A stretch of 63,936 nt of DNA, filler included, from Octopus bimaculoides (Eukaryota), in the NCBI RefSeq assembly GCF_001194135.2. It is 7 parts of 5 records of this genome, joined end to end, with 100 filler letters (N's around TTAATTAATTAA, not from the genome) between each part and the next. Parts side by side here need not be neighbours in the genome. Positions count along the whole stretch, not along the records: positions 1 to 22,755 come from NC_068991.1; 6 more parts are not named here. One strand, written 5' to 3'. The notes below the pieces were generated by a model that made no database searches, had not been told where the DNA came from, and was given only the letters and a program-made list of their open reading frames with translations. Each line of letters begins with the position of its first letter. Position 1 is the stretch's first letter. Positions 1 to 13,351 of this stretch are shown here, in pieces. The position numbers and the translations under genes were made by a program.

Positions 1-567
1 CATCATCATCATTACCATCATCATAATCACCGTGTCCATCTCCACCACACGCACCACATCTACGAAAACACAGCCTTCATCAGTTCCGCCAGTATTTACC
101 AACAATAACGTTAATAACAACAACATCACAATTGCAACTGATACTTCTTTTATTGATCCGGATTATAATAGCTGTCGTTCACCAAAACCACCGCTACCAT
201 CATGATGATGATGATGATGATGGTGGTGGTGATAATGATGATGATGACGATGATGATCACCACCAGTCACAGTACCAGCGACAGCAGTGGTTGTAGTAGT
301 AGTTTGTAGAAGTCTGGGTGTGTTTTGTTTTCCTTTCTTTTGGTAAATCCCGCCTGTTTTGTAAATTCGCCACCCGTAATAAGTTTGTCTATCTAATGTA
401 GCGTTAAGACTGGCAAACCGTGTACTTTGTCGGAGCAGGACGCTCTCAGCTGAATAAATATCAGATTCTCAATCAGTTCTCTTAAAGTACCACGCAATCA
501 AACTGATATTAATTGATAGCATCAGTGACCCACATACTCCCCTATCTATCCATTTATCTGCCTTTTC

Positions 568-654
<87 letters not shown>

Positions 655-917
655 GATTGACTGACTGTGTCTGTTTATCTATCTTTCTATCTATCTATGT
701 ATCTATCTATCTATCTATCTATCTATTTATCTTACTCTCTGTAGATATATATGCCATAATCCATCTATTGATTTCTCTTGACTTATTTCTCTCACTCAAC
801 GAATTTTGTAGCACTATGCGAATAATCTTTTATGTATGCGTACATTTATGTATGTATGTATGTATGTATGTATGTATGTATGTTGCACATACATGTGTGT
901 ATGCGCGCGCGTATACT

Positions 918-955
<38 letters not shown>

Positions 956-1129
956 CGCACATATATACACACAAGCAGCACAAACACACAAATGTACAAA
1001 TACATGCAAACATTTAAGCACATGCATTCATACACAAATATATTCACATACGTACGTATGCATATACACTCGCTCATATCCGAGCGTGTACATACACTCA
1101 CACACACATGTATATATACATATATATTA

Positions 1130-1188
<59 letters not shown>

Positions 1189-1374
1189 NNNNNNNNNNNN
1201 NNNNNNNNNNNNNNNNNNNNNNNNNNNNNNNNNNNNNNNNNNNNNNNNNNNNNNNNNNNNNNNNNNNNNNNNNNNNNNNNNNNNNNNNNNNNNNNNNNNN
1301 NNNNNNNNNNNNNNNNNNNNNNNNNNNNNNNNNNTATATATATGTATATATATATATATATATCTATCTATCTA

Positions 1375-1408
<34 letters not shown>

Positions 1409-3892
1409 CATACATACTGTATAATCCATTTTAAATATTGCCACATTTATGAAGTTAAGAGATCGTTGTACAGTTTGTATTGATGGTTGTAGCAATGTCA
1501 ATTTAGTACCTGATCCGCAGCCAGATCACTGAGAAAAGGCATGACCAGCAGAAATCCCATGGACCGCATCGTCGTTAAGTCAACAGAGGTGAATTCTCAA
1601 TGCTAACTACGAAAGGACACGGAATTGAGACTCTAATTATCGCATGGATAATTATACTTTTATCTTTAATATATTCGTTAAACCCAATAAGAGAACTAAT
1701 GGCATCGAATAAGTCAAGGAAACAGGTAAAAATCGATGGGGAAATAACAGAATCGTTGACCTGTTTATAATGTTCTAGGGGGAATGAATTTGATGTATCT
1801 TTTTAGGATAAACAGAAGTCAGAGTGGGAATTGCTACATGACAAGGTTGTTAGGCTTGCAAGAAATAGCAGATAATTCTTTCTCAAATCATGTGCTATCG
1901 TCTTAACAAAGAATAAATCGTGTACTGGATACTATTCTTTGAATAAGTCTACTCAAATATGAAACAGATTAATCACAGTTGAATATCTTTGATCACAGAT
2001 CTGCTCAATAAGAAATGACGAATGGCTAAACAGAGGCAACCGCTACAAGATAATTTTAACCAGCTAAGGAACCGCTATCGCACATTAGATACTGTAGACA
2101 TGAATACATTATGTCTGAAAAAAAAAAAAGATGGAACACATATCAGGGTTGATCTGGGTCAAACGACATCATATACAGTAAATACTACAATAGATTGACC
2201 AATAGCATCTCTCTGTGATCGCTTAAGCTGCTCAAAATAAAGGCAACATCTCTCGTAAATAGAGAACGAAATATTGAATAATGTATTCTTAGGTCTAAGT
2301 AACAGACGGCATTGTCAAGACAGGAGCGTTTGATCGTATCTCACCTGGGGCTACGGGACAGCAGAAACATCTGAAATATTACTTGATTTGAGATAGATAT
2401 CACTCATAGTTTTGTTTACGATATGTGAAACTGTTATATACATCTTACGTATGCCCTGATTATAGAGAATAACATCATGTGTTTGTTGAATTGTCAGTAA
2501 GAGACTTTATTAGTGACTTCATTAAATGAATTAAAATAAACCCTTCTAACTTATGAAAACTTTTAATCAATGAATAAAAGTCAATAAAAATTTCCACCAA
2601 AACAAAAACAAACAAACAAGATCACTTTTATTTATTAAAAAGAAGATCCAAATGGTGTTAAGTAAAAGAAACAAACAGAATATCACATGAGCATCTCAGA
2701 ATACTATGTGTGGCATCAGGGTCTTTGATTGTGGTATTATATCCGACGTAAGCTTAAAATCTTATCCATATGCCATGTTAAGGAAAATCGTACTTATGAT
2801 TTAAATTTTAGCCAGAGTCTACAGTATGGTATAGTGATATAGTAATGTAACATCTTAACCAGGAGAGACACTGTAAGCAGCCACTAACGAAGTCGCTTCG
2901 CAGTTATTTGACCTGGTACCAATTGCAGATTAATCTTTCTCAAATTGAACCCTACCGTCTATAACGTGGTCCTAGATTATACTGTGATGATTATAACTGG
3001 AATGTTTTTAACCATGACTGTTCTGAATCAGGCTGACCGGAGCCGAACATGAACCATGACGATATAAACCATAATACTGTGGGTGAGTTACAATGCTAGT
3101 ATATAGGAACGGCACAAAATCTATGTTATAATATTATATCTCTGATAATGCTTTCTAATATATATAATAATATTATATTTAAGACATACCTGATATATCA
3201 TGATATTATATTTGAGTATATTACGTATTCTAGACATATGATATTATAAGAATTATAATATTATAACATCATCTGACATATTTTTAATATATTCTGTTAG
3301 TTTTCAAATTTTCGCAGGAGGGGTTAGTCGATTACTTCGATCCCTGTGCTCGACTGGTACTTAATTGATCGACCCCGAAAGGATAAAAAACAAAGTCGGA
3401 CAAAATGCTGCTAAGTTCAAATTCAGTTGAGGCCGGGTTTGCCTTTCATAGTTTCGGGGTCCATAAACAAAGTGCAAGTCAAGCACTGAGGTCATTGTGA
3501 TCGATTTACCTCCTCTCCCAAACTTGCTGGTCTTGTGCCAAAATTTGAAACTAATATTTTATGTATATTATAGTATAGATACAAATAAGTCTACGTGACA
3601 GTGCATGTGAAGTAAAACCTGAAAATCACACAAAGATGTATCACTCTGAATACTATGTTTTGGTCCCTACTGATTCTAATGTTTGCTCTTGAATTCTTGA
3701 ACGAACGATTAAATAATGATTTTCTTCCAATATCTGTAATTTCTTAGGACTACTTGTCAAATTTTATCAATGCTTAGCTATCAATATCTTTTTCATATCT
3801 TCAGTTTTCACGTGTCACCAATTCTTAGAATATACCGAATGAGAAGTAGAATTACAAACAAACAAACAAACGATAAATAAATAAATAAGGAT

Positions 3893-4015
3893 TTCTTTTA
3901 TTGGCCACAAGGGCCCAAGACATGGAAGACAATATCAAATAACGAGATACAGCACACAAAAACAACTGGGGTTTACATTGATCAGAATGTACAATTTTAA
4001 AGGATATAACAAAAG
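3893..4015 (-). repeat. Dispersed repeat resembling a LINE 3' end (second copy 52403-52535)
   Basis: ttctttattggccacaagggcccaagacatggaagacaatatcaa...ttaaaggatataacaaa is shared. AATAAA and an A-rich tail lie on the minus strand. Confidence 0.65.
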
Positions 4016-4230
4016 ATATTCTTTTCTTTTATTCTTCTATTTGTTTCAGTCATTTGACTGTGGCCGTGCTGGAGCACCGCTTTTAGTCGAGCAAATCTAC
4101 CCTCAGGACTTATTCTTTGTAAGCCTAGTACTTATTCCATCGGTTTCTTTTGCCGAACCGCTAAGTTACGGGGACGTAAACACACCAGCATCGGTTGTCA
4201 AGTGATGTTGGGGGGACAAACACAGACACA

Positions 4231-4265
<35 letters not shown>

Positions 4266-6469
4266 GCACACACATATATATGTATACATATATACGACGG
4301 GCTTCTTTCAGTTTCCGTCTACCNNNNNNNNNNNNNNNNNNNNNNNNNNNNNNNNNNNNNNNNNNNNNNNNNNNNNNNNNNNNNNNNNNNNNNNNNNNNN
4401 NNNNNNNNNNNNNNNNNNNNNNNNNNNNNNNNNNNNNNNNNNNNNNNNNNNNNNNNNNNNNNNNNNNNNNNNNNNNNNNNNNNNNNNNNNNNNNNNNNNN
4501 NNNNNNNNNNNNNNNNNNNNNNNNNNNNNNNNNNNNNNNNNNNNNNNNNNNNNNNNNNNNNNNNNNNNNNNNNNNNNNNNNNNNNNNNNNNNNNNNNNNN
4601 NNNNNNNNNNNNNNNNNNNNNNNNNNNNNNNNNNNNNNNNNNNNNNNNNNNNNNNNNNNNNNNNNNNNNNNNNNNNNNNNNNNNNNNNNNNNNNNNNNNN
4701 NNNNNNNNNNNNNNNNNNNNNNNNNNNNNNNNNNNNNNNNNNNNNNNNNNNNNNNNNNNNNNNNNNNNNNNNNNNNNNNNNNNNNNNNNNNNNNNNNNNN
4801 NNNNNNNNNNNNNNNNNNNNNNNNNNNNNNNNNNNNNNNNNNNNNNNNNNNNNNNNNNNNNNNNNNNNNNNNNNNNNNNNNNNNNNNNNNNNNNNNNNNN
4901 NNNNNNNNNNNNNNNNNNNNNNNNNNNNNNNNNNNNNNNNNNNNNNNNNNNNNNNNNNNNNNNNNNNNNNNNNNNNNNNNNNNNNNNNNNNNNNNNNNNN
5001 NNNNNNNNNNNNNNNNNNNNNNNNNNNNNNNNNNNNNNNNNNNNNNNNNNNNNNNNNNNNNNNNNNNNNNNNNNNNNNNNNNNNNNNNNNNNNNNNNNNN
5101 NNNNNNNNNNNNNNNNNNNNNNNNNNNNNNNNNNNNNNNNNNNNNNNNNNNNNNNNNNNNNNNNNNNNNNNNNNNNNNNNNNNNNNNNNNNNNNNNNNNN
5201 NNNNNCCCATCGTTTCAAACCATTACTCTCTTTGTCTTTGGTATGTACAACTTCCCCACACACGGATATCGTAATATAAGATGGTAAAGTATAATAATAT
5301 ATACAATAATATAGGGCGGCGAGCTGGCAGAAATGTTAGCACGCCGGGCGAAATGCTTAGCGGTATTTCGTCTGTCTTTTACGTTCTGAATTCAAATTCC
5401 GCCGAGGTCGACTTTGCCTTTCATCCTTTCGAGATCGATAAATTAAGTACTAGTCGCGTACTGGTTCGATCTAATTGACTAGTCCCCTCCCCCAAAATTT
5501 CGGGCCTTGTGCCTACAGTAGAAAAGAATATGCGTATGAAGGCGTGCGTAATATATATACATATATATATATATATAAGTGTGTGTGTTGATGCAGTTTT
5601 TTAATCAAAACAATAATTAAAAAAAACAACCCCAGTAGCGTTTGATTTCTTGTCTATTTATTCCCGTACTGTTGTTGCTGGTGGTGCTGCTGTTGGCGAG
5701 GGTGATATGATCATGATGATAAGAGAGAAGTCGTCTTTTACATGATCGTGTTAGTGATGTTGATGGTGGTGGTAGTGGTGACGGAGGTGGTGGCGGAGTA
5801 TGTTGATTCAGACCACAGTGCTTTGATTAAAAAAAAAAATTATGATGATGTTTTTGTTAGTATTGTAGTCACTGGTGTAAATGGTGTCGGTGGTGATGGT
5901 CATGAAGGATATAGCACAAAAAAAGATAAATAAAAATAAATGAAATAAAATAATTACGATGATCTAAGTAAGCAACCGACAAAAGATCACGCGAGAACCC
6001 TTTTCACTCGAACTCGTTGACTTCCGATGACCATCCATTCCATTTCATTCATGTTTACCTTTTCCCAATCTAACTTAATAGACGTCGGGGCTAATGCGTG
6101 TCCTGTTTGTATGTATGTTTAATTCTCTCTCTCCCCCATCTCTCTCTCTCACACACATTTGCACGAAAAACATAGTCGTCTCTTAAACAGACTATTAATG
6201 TTTGCATGTGTGTAAGTTTTCTTCTATGCGGGGTTTCTGATATCTAAAAGAGAAGCGGGTCGGTGTAGTGGCAGAAAGGTAGGTAGGTAGGTTTATTATA
6301 AGTGGCCGGGTAGTTACGTGGATAGTGGATAGGTGTGTTGGTTGGGTGGATGTGTATCCCATCAGATACAAAGAAACAAAGGACAAAAAGACAACGACCT
6401 GTTGCTTTTTGTTCCAGTCACGTCACACCCTTATTATAGACGTCTTTTTGCACGTGATCTTTGCAATGA

Positions 6470-6598
6470 TGTTGATGATGATGATGATGATGGTGATGGT
6501 AACGGTAATAGTGACGATGACGATGCTGCTTCAGCTGCTGCTGATGTTGGTGAAGACAATGACTAGGATGATGATGATGACGACGACGATGATGATGA

Positions 6599-6640
<42 letters not shown>

Positions 6641-6920
6641 TGATGATGATGATGATGATTTCGATAGTTTTGAGGATAATGATAATAATGTTGGTGATCT
6701 TGATGGTAATGAAGAGGATGAGGAGGATGGTGAGGTAGATGAGGAAGATGAGAAGAGTAGTTATAATATTAATGATGGTAATTATTAATCGAGTCATAAC
6801 GAGCAATATGATGGTAAAGGTAATGATGATGACGGTTTATTAAGGTTATGCTGAAGAGGCTGACGATAGCAAATGCTGCTGTTACTGCTGTTAATGATGA
6901 TAATGATGATGATGATGACA
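6470..6920 (+). repeat. Compound (GAT)n/(GAC)n microsatellite tract
   Basis: Direct reading. Similar tracts at 190-260, 53630-53840 and 62020-62290. (TACA)n, (TA)n, (CA)n, (GA)n and (GATA)n tracts occur throughout and border most N gaps. Confidence 0.95.
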
Positions 6921-7149
6921 ATTATTACTGTCGTTACTGATGTATTCGTCGCTAACGCCAATGTTATCTTCTTTATTCATCTACATATCTCCTTTCGTAT
7001 TTGGCTGCGGTTGTAGGACCATCTGCCAACCTCAATAAGTACCTACCTTGTATTGTTTAGAGAGACAGAGAGAGAGAAAGAGGAGAGGGGAGAGGGAGAG
7101 AGAGAGAGAACGCGCGCGCGAGAGAGAGGATGTGTTAATCACCCTAGCC

Positions 7150-7555
7150 GAAAGCCGGCAGAATCGTTAGCAAGTCGGGCAAAATGCTTAGCGCATTTCA
7201 TCCGTCTTTACATTGTAGGTTCAAAGGCCGCCGCGGTCGATTTGTCTTTCATCCTTTCGAGGTCAATAAAATAAGTAACAGTTGAGTACTAGTGTCGATG
7301 TAATCGACTTAGCCCCTTCCTCGAAATTGCTGGCGTTGTCCCGAAATATATTTGTGTTATGTGTAGGTGGCGAGCTAGTAAAATCGTTAGCACGCTTGGC
7401 GAAAGGCTTAGGGGCATTTCGTGAGTTCAAATTCTGCCGAGGTCGACTTTGCTTTTCATCCTTTCAGGGTTGAAAAATAAGTACCAGTTGAACACAGAGC
7501 TCGAAGTCACCGACTTATCACCTCCCCTTGTACCAAAATTTGAAACCAATATTTG
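7150..7555 (+). mobile_element. Tandem pair of SINE family A
   Basis: Two head-to-tail copies (~7150-7345 and 7364-7555). Confidence 0.8.
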
Positions 7556-7704
7556 TGTTATATATCTTGGATGTATTGTTGTGGTAAGTCAAATGTGAAT
7601 CTACGCATTTGCTGCAGTTAGCATTAGGTATGTGTGTGCGTATGTGTGTGTGCATGTGTGTACATACATGCATACATACTTGCATGCATGTATACATACA
7701 TACA

Positions 7705-7735
<31 letters not shown>

Positions 7736-8075
7736 TATAATTATGTATTAAAACCGAGCGAAACGGGATTTAAATACCCCTTGTAAAAATCACCTGACAA
7801 GAAGCTTCTTACCTGAGGGGTGCACAACAACCAGTTGTACAGTATCCCACCTGCGAGGGATCGGCAGGATAGGTCGAAAGATCGTTGTGAGCAATAAAGT
7901 TTCTCGTATATTCCATTTTCTGTCTTTATCATTTGATATATACTCAACGAACACTGAGAAATTCTTGAGCTAGATCCACCGACAATTGCATGAATGATGT
8001 CAGGTAGCCACAAGCAGTGAAAGTGTTTCATCGACTTACTACTAGGCATATACCCAATACTTAAATTATTATATA

Positions 8076-9349
8076 TTGGGTCATCCCATAAACAATGCGT
8101 TTTTTTATACTTCTTTTATTTTGCAAAATTTAGATAAAGTTCTTTTTTAATCTAAAATATACTCTCCTTCATTTTCTACAATGTTCTTCGATCTATCTGG
8201 TAGACTTGCAAGGCCCTTCTTCCAAAATTCACTTGTCCGTGACGGAAAATACTCCCCCAGTACTGTTCTGACCTCGTCCATAGAATTCATATTTTTTCCG
8301 TCCAAATGATTTTTAAGAGTGTGGAATAAATGATAATCAGATGGGGCAATGTCCGGCGAATATGGTAAGTGGAGCATCGTTCCCCATTCAAACTGATCCA
8401 GCCTTTAGAATGTCATCCTCATTGTATGCGGCCGAGCATTATCCTGATGGAAGAACACCTTTCGTCTTGAAACCAAAGATGGTCATTTTTCTTCTAGCAC
8501 TGACTTAAGCCGCTCAAATTGCTCGCACTAGATCTCGTTTGGCTTGGGTTTCAATGTTTAAAGTGGACTAAACATTTTCATATCCCACCAAACAGATAAA
8601 AACAGCTTACGTGGATAAAAACCTTCTTAAGCATTGGGTGCCGGTGTTTCTCCTTTCCCTATCCACTGTCTTCGGCGCGTTACACTTTTATAGAGAGCCC
8701 ATTTCTCATTACCAGTCACTATTCGGTCCAAAAAGGTTCATTGGTGAGACGTGACAGCAAAGAAGAGCACACATTCACTCTCTGCGCGCGATCAGACTCG
8801 GAAAGTTTGTGAGGAACCCATTGATCCAATTTGCTGACTTTTCCGACGGCACGCAGGTGTCGATGAATGGTTGAATGACCAAATCCGAGCTTCACTGCTA
8901 GTTCTTCAACAATTACAATGTGATTTTGTTCCACCAGGGTTTGCAAGACGTCCTCGTCGAGCTCTACAGATGTTCCTGGACGAGGCTCGTCTTCTAGGCT
9001 GAAATTTTCGGCTCGAAATTTCTGGAACCACCGTTGACACTAGCTTACGCCTATTGTCCGATCCCCATATACTGCATTACTATTCCTCACACTTTCCGTT
9101 GTGTTGTTGCCTTTATTGAACTCATAGAGCAAAACATGCCGAATATGCACCTTTGTCACTTCCATTAGAGCTTTGAAAAAATAACTATTAAAATCAAACT
9201 GCACTCTTCAAAACTTGTACTAAGAATGAGGATAAGGTAAAATTACTACCTGCTTTTATAGCAAGTTGATGCAGGTAGTTTATTCCGTTCCCGTCCGACT
9301 TTTAGTTCATGCAATTAAAAAAACCCGCATTATTTATGGGATGAACCTA
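8076..9349 (-). mobile_element. Full-length mariner (DD34D) transposon, inactive
   Basis: Imperfect TIRs (ttgggtcatcccataaacaatgcg at 8076; cgcattatttatgggatgaaccta ending 9349), TA on both flanks, 1274 bp. Confidence 0.95.
8147..9165 (-). pseudogene. Mariner transposase pseudogene
   Basis: Starts MEVTKVHIRHVLLYEF. Motifs WVPHKL, VTGNEKW (first catalytic D changed to N), HQDNARPH and YSPDIAPSDY, with 34 residues between the 2nd and 3rd D. Several stops and frameshifts. Confidence 0.93.
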
Positions 9350-9360
9350 TATATATGTAT

Positions 9361-9453
9361 AATTATAATTTAGGGTATCCGAGAGATACCGCCATGCTGA
9401 AAATAGCAGCCATTCAGCATGGCGGTATCTCTTGGATACCCTAAATTATAATT
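9361..9453. repeat. 93-bp near-perfect hairpin (41-bp arms, 11-nt loop)
   Basis: aattataatttagggtatccgagagataccgccatgctgaa / ttcagcatggcggtatctcttggataccctaaattataatt. One mismatch, which is a G-U pair on the + strand. Confidence 0.95.
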
Positions 9454-10499
9454 TTAAATAATTGTTACCTTTGATGGTTTTTATTCCCATGCTGGCCACT
9501 TGATAAAATCGATATTTAAATATCGATCTTATCCTNNNNNNNNNNNNNNNNNNNNNNNNNNNNNNNNNNNNNNNNNNNNNNNNNNNNNNNNNNNNNNNNN
9601 NNNNNNNNNNNNNNNNNNNNNNNNNNNNNNNNNNNNNNNNNNNNNNNNNNNNNNNNNNNNNNNNNNNNNNNNNNNNNNNNNNNNNNNNNNNNNNNNNNNN
9701 NNNNNNNNNNNNNNNNNNNNNNNNNNNNNNNNNNNNNNNNNNNNNNNNNNNNNNNNNNNNNNNNNNNNNNNNNNNNNNNNNNNNNNNNNNNNNNNNNNNN
9801 NNNNNNNNNNNNNNNNNNNNNNNNNNNNNNNNNNNNNNNNNNNNNNNNNNNNNNNNNNNNNNNNNNNNNNNNNNNNNNNNNNNNNNNNNNNNNNNNNNNN
9901 NNNNNNNNNNNNNNNNNNNNNNNNNNNNNNNNNNNNNNNNNNNNNNNNNNNNNNNNNNNNNNNNNNNNNNNNNNNNNNNNNNNNNNNNNNNNNNNNNNNN
10001 NNNNNNNNNNNNNNNNNNNNNNNNNNNNNNNNNNNNNNNNNNNNNNNNNNNNNNNNNNNNNNNNNNNNNNNNNNNNNNNNNNNNNNNNNNNNNNNNNNNN
10101 NNNNNNNNNNNNNNNNNNNNNNNNNNNNNNNNNNNNNNNNNNNNNNNNNNNNNNNNNNNNNNNNNNNNNNNNNNNNNNNNNNNNNNGTGTTCGTATGTAT
10201 GTGTGTATGTGTGTGAGTATACGTACAAATACATACACACGCATACACACACAGATATAAACACACAAACAGGAATACACAGAATACATACATACAAATG
10301 CACACACGTGCACACGCATATATATGCATACATGCATATACATACATACATACATACATACGTACATACATACATACATGCATACATACATAATACATAC
10401 ATACATACATACATACATACATACATACATACATACGCGTATACACATGTACACTGACGCACACACATGGGCACAAACAAACAAACAAAATTAACGTAA

Positions 10500-10715
10500 A
10501 TCTGATAACGGACAGAATTAGCAACTATTGAAGAAGTTTCGAGGAGCAAGGAAAAGTTTAGAAAAAAAGATTAAATATATAAGTAAATCAGTATAAATTG
10601 AACCGGTGAATCTGTTAATTAATAATGCATTAAAACAGAATGACTCTCCCCAAACACAACAAGATATTCTTGAACACACGAATTCACATAGAGCCTTGCT
10701 AACCAAATACATATA
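10500..10715 (+). repeat. Dispersed repeat family (also ~14340-14545 and ~46095-46245)
   Basis: Shared core aaaa(c/g)agaatgactctccc...aacacacgaattcacata. Confidence 0.7.
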
Positions 10716-10717
10716 AG

Positions 10718-10753
<36 letters not shown>

Positions 10754-11467
10754 ACATATATATAATATATATATATATNNNNNNNNNNNNNNNNNNNNNN
10801 NNNNNNNNNNNNNNNNNNNNNNNNNNNNNNNNNNNNNNNNNNNNNNNNNNNNNNNNNNNNNNNNNNNNNNNNNNNNNNNNNNNNNNNNNNNNNNNNNNNN
10901 NNNNNNNNNNNNNNNNNNNNNNNNNNNNNNNNNNNNNNNNNNNNNNNNNNNNNNNNNNNNNNNNNNNNNNNNNNNNNNNNNNNNNNNNNNNNNNNNNNNN
11001 NNNNNNNNNNNNNNNNNNNNNNNNNNNNNNNNNNNNNNNNNNNNNNNNNNNNNNNNNNNNNNNNNNNNNNNNNNNNNNNNNNNNNNNNNNNNNNNNNNNN
11101 NNNNNNNNNNNNNNNNNNNNNNNNNNNNNNNNNNNNNNNNNNNNNNNNNNNNNNNNNNNNNNNNNNNNNNNNNNNNNNNNNNNNNNNNNNNNNNNNNNNN
11201 NNNNNNNNNNNNNNNNNNNNNNNNNNNNNNNNNNNNNNNNNNNNNNNNNNNNNNNNNNNNNNNNNNNNNNNNNNNNNNNNNNNNNNNNNNNNNNNNNNNN
11301 NNNNNNNNNNNNNNNNNNNNNNNNNNNNNNNNNNNNNNNNNNNNNNNNNNNNNNNNNNNNNNNNNNNNNNNNNNNNNNNNNNNNNNNNNNNNNNNNNNNN
11401 NNNNNNNNNNNNNNNNNNNNNNNNNNNNNNNNNNNNNNNNNNNNNNNNNNNNNNNNNNNNNNNNNNN

Positions 11468-11517
<50 letters not shown>

Positions 11518-12329
11518 GCTAGTGTCAGGTCACTTGTAAGGCTTCTCATGAGTGCTACAGTTAACATTAAATCCAGTACAACCTGTTGCATGATTGGATC
11601 ATCGGCGACTAAACCGGCACCCCCACTAGGCTTGCCTGGTGAGGAGGGTTGCTAGAAACTTAGCAGGGCTAGAGTCAAGACCTGTGAAAAGGACAGATGA
11701 ACATAGTGTAGGCTCCTCGACCATCTAGAAATAGTGCAGGCCCTCAGAAATTCCTAGTTGCTGCCCGGCGTGCTGGAAGGCCGCTGGTAGTGAAGTACCC
11801 CTTACCTTTTGTTAAAACGTGTCTCTAGAACCCACCTCAACCCCAGGCTACGACTGTTCCGATAATCAGCAGTGACTTGGTCAGCGAATCCTTTACAACG
11901 GTCGAGAATTGACGGTAAGATGAGCAGCTACGGATCACACTATCTCAAAATGTGTACGCATGTGACAAGAGACCACATGTGAACTTGTATCCCCACTGAA
12001 ACTCCAAACTTGATTCGTTGGTTGGAGCCGGCTAAACCCACCCCAGGGGAATTCCGCCGCAAGTCTAAATAATATATATATCGGCTTCAGGATTAGAATG
12101 CCGCATCTGCGTATGCTCTAATCCACATAGCTGTGCCAACCAGTAGACCAAAGCAACATCGCAACTTTGATCATCGAAATAAAGAAACTTAATGTAATTA
12201 ATAAAGATTATGCAGGATGTTTCGGCTAAATTTGAGAGTTTGTAAAAAATAGGAAAGAAAGCACCATATCGCATCCAAAAGTTAAAGTATTTTTAAAAAG
12301 TCATCTAGATTATAGCTGCGAGGTAACAA

Positions 12330-13235
12330 CTTGGTCAAAGTATCCACCTCTGGCTTCCACTACGGTCTTAAGATGGCTCCAGAATCTGGAGCATGCCTTC
12401 CTCACAGTGTCCGTGGTAAGATGTTTGAATACCTCCTTGAACTTGGCCACCAGCTCGGACGGAGTGTTTCAAGCCTCTGCTTTGGTATTTCAAGCCTCTG
12501 CTTTGGTATTTCAAGCCTCTGATTGGTATTTTTCTTAACCTTGTCCCACACGTGGTAATCATTGGGATTACAATCGGGGGGATTAGGAGGCCAGAAATTG
12601 GGGCTTGTGAAGTCATAGAAATTCTCCGACAAGCACTTCTAATCCTTTCTGGAGTTGTGGGAAGAAGCCGAGTCCTGCGGACACATATGGCTTCCTAGTA
12701 GCAACTCTTTCAAGCTAGTGTTTGACCATAATCTCCAGCAATTTTCACATAGCCATCTGAATTGAGCTTAAGACCCTGTTAAAAAATGTGGGGTGCCATG
12801 ATCTCACCTTCACTTGAAGCACATCCAAAGAAGTTTATGAAAACTTTGTTTTCCATGATATCCATGTCAAATCTTAAAAGTCTTTACAGTGTTCACAAAG
12901 CATTGAGCGGTAGTCATGATGTCGGCATTTTGACACTTAACACCAATCACCATGATGCAGGCAACTCTTATCCAGAATTCAAATGGTTTCATATCCTCCA
13001 TGTATCTTATCCAGTATTCAGATTGCTTCATGTCCTCCATGTGAGTTAACTTTTTTCTCAACTACAACTTTAATCTTTATGTTCTCCAACGCTGTTGACT
13101 CTTCGCCAATACATCAAGCTATTCTTGAGAAAAAAAAACATTCAAAATCGACAAATTTAGCCCGATTACTCAGTACACCAGCAACTTCTTAATGAAACTC
13201 TCATTAACGAAAATCTCAGCCTACACTGTATTAAA
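12330..13235 (-). mobile_element. Degraded maT-type (DD37D) Tc1/mariner transposon
   Basis: Minus-strand translation FFGCASSEGEIMAPHIF*QGLKLNSDGYV...QDSASSH...WPPNPPDCNPNDYHVW, with 37 residues between the QD and the NPxD aspartate. Stops and frameshifts; TIRs not resolved. Confidence 0.85.
12467..12528 (+). repeat. 21-bp tandem repeat x3 inside the maT remnant
   Basis: tttcaagcctctgctttggta x2 plus a 20-bp variant. Confidence 0.9.
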
Positions 13236-13305
13236 ATATGATATTATACATACACACATACATATATACATACATACATACATACATACATACATGCATA
13301 CATAT

Positions 13306-13351
<46 letters not shown>

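Noticed and set aside
657-1483. Long ORFs rich in H/T/Y/I/C/V/M, poly-D/M/H/N tracts, and X-filled ORFs throughout the track
   Set aside because: These are translations of microsatellites and assembly gaps.
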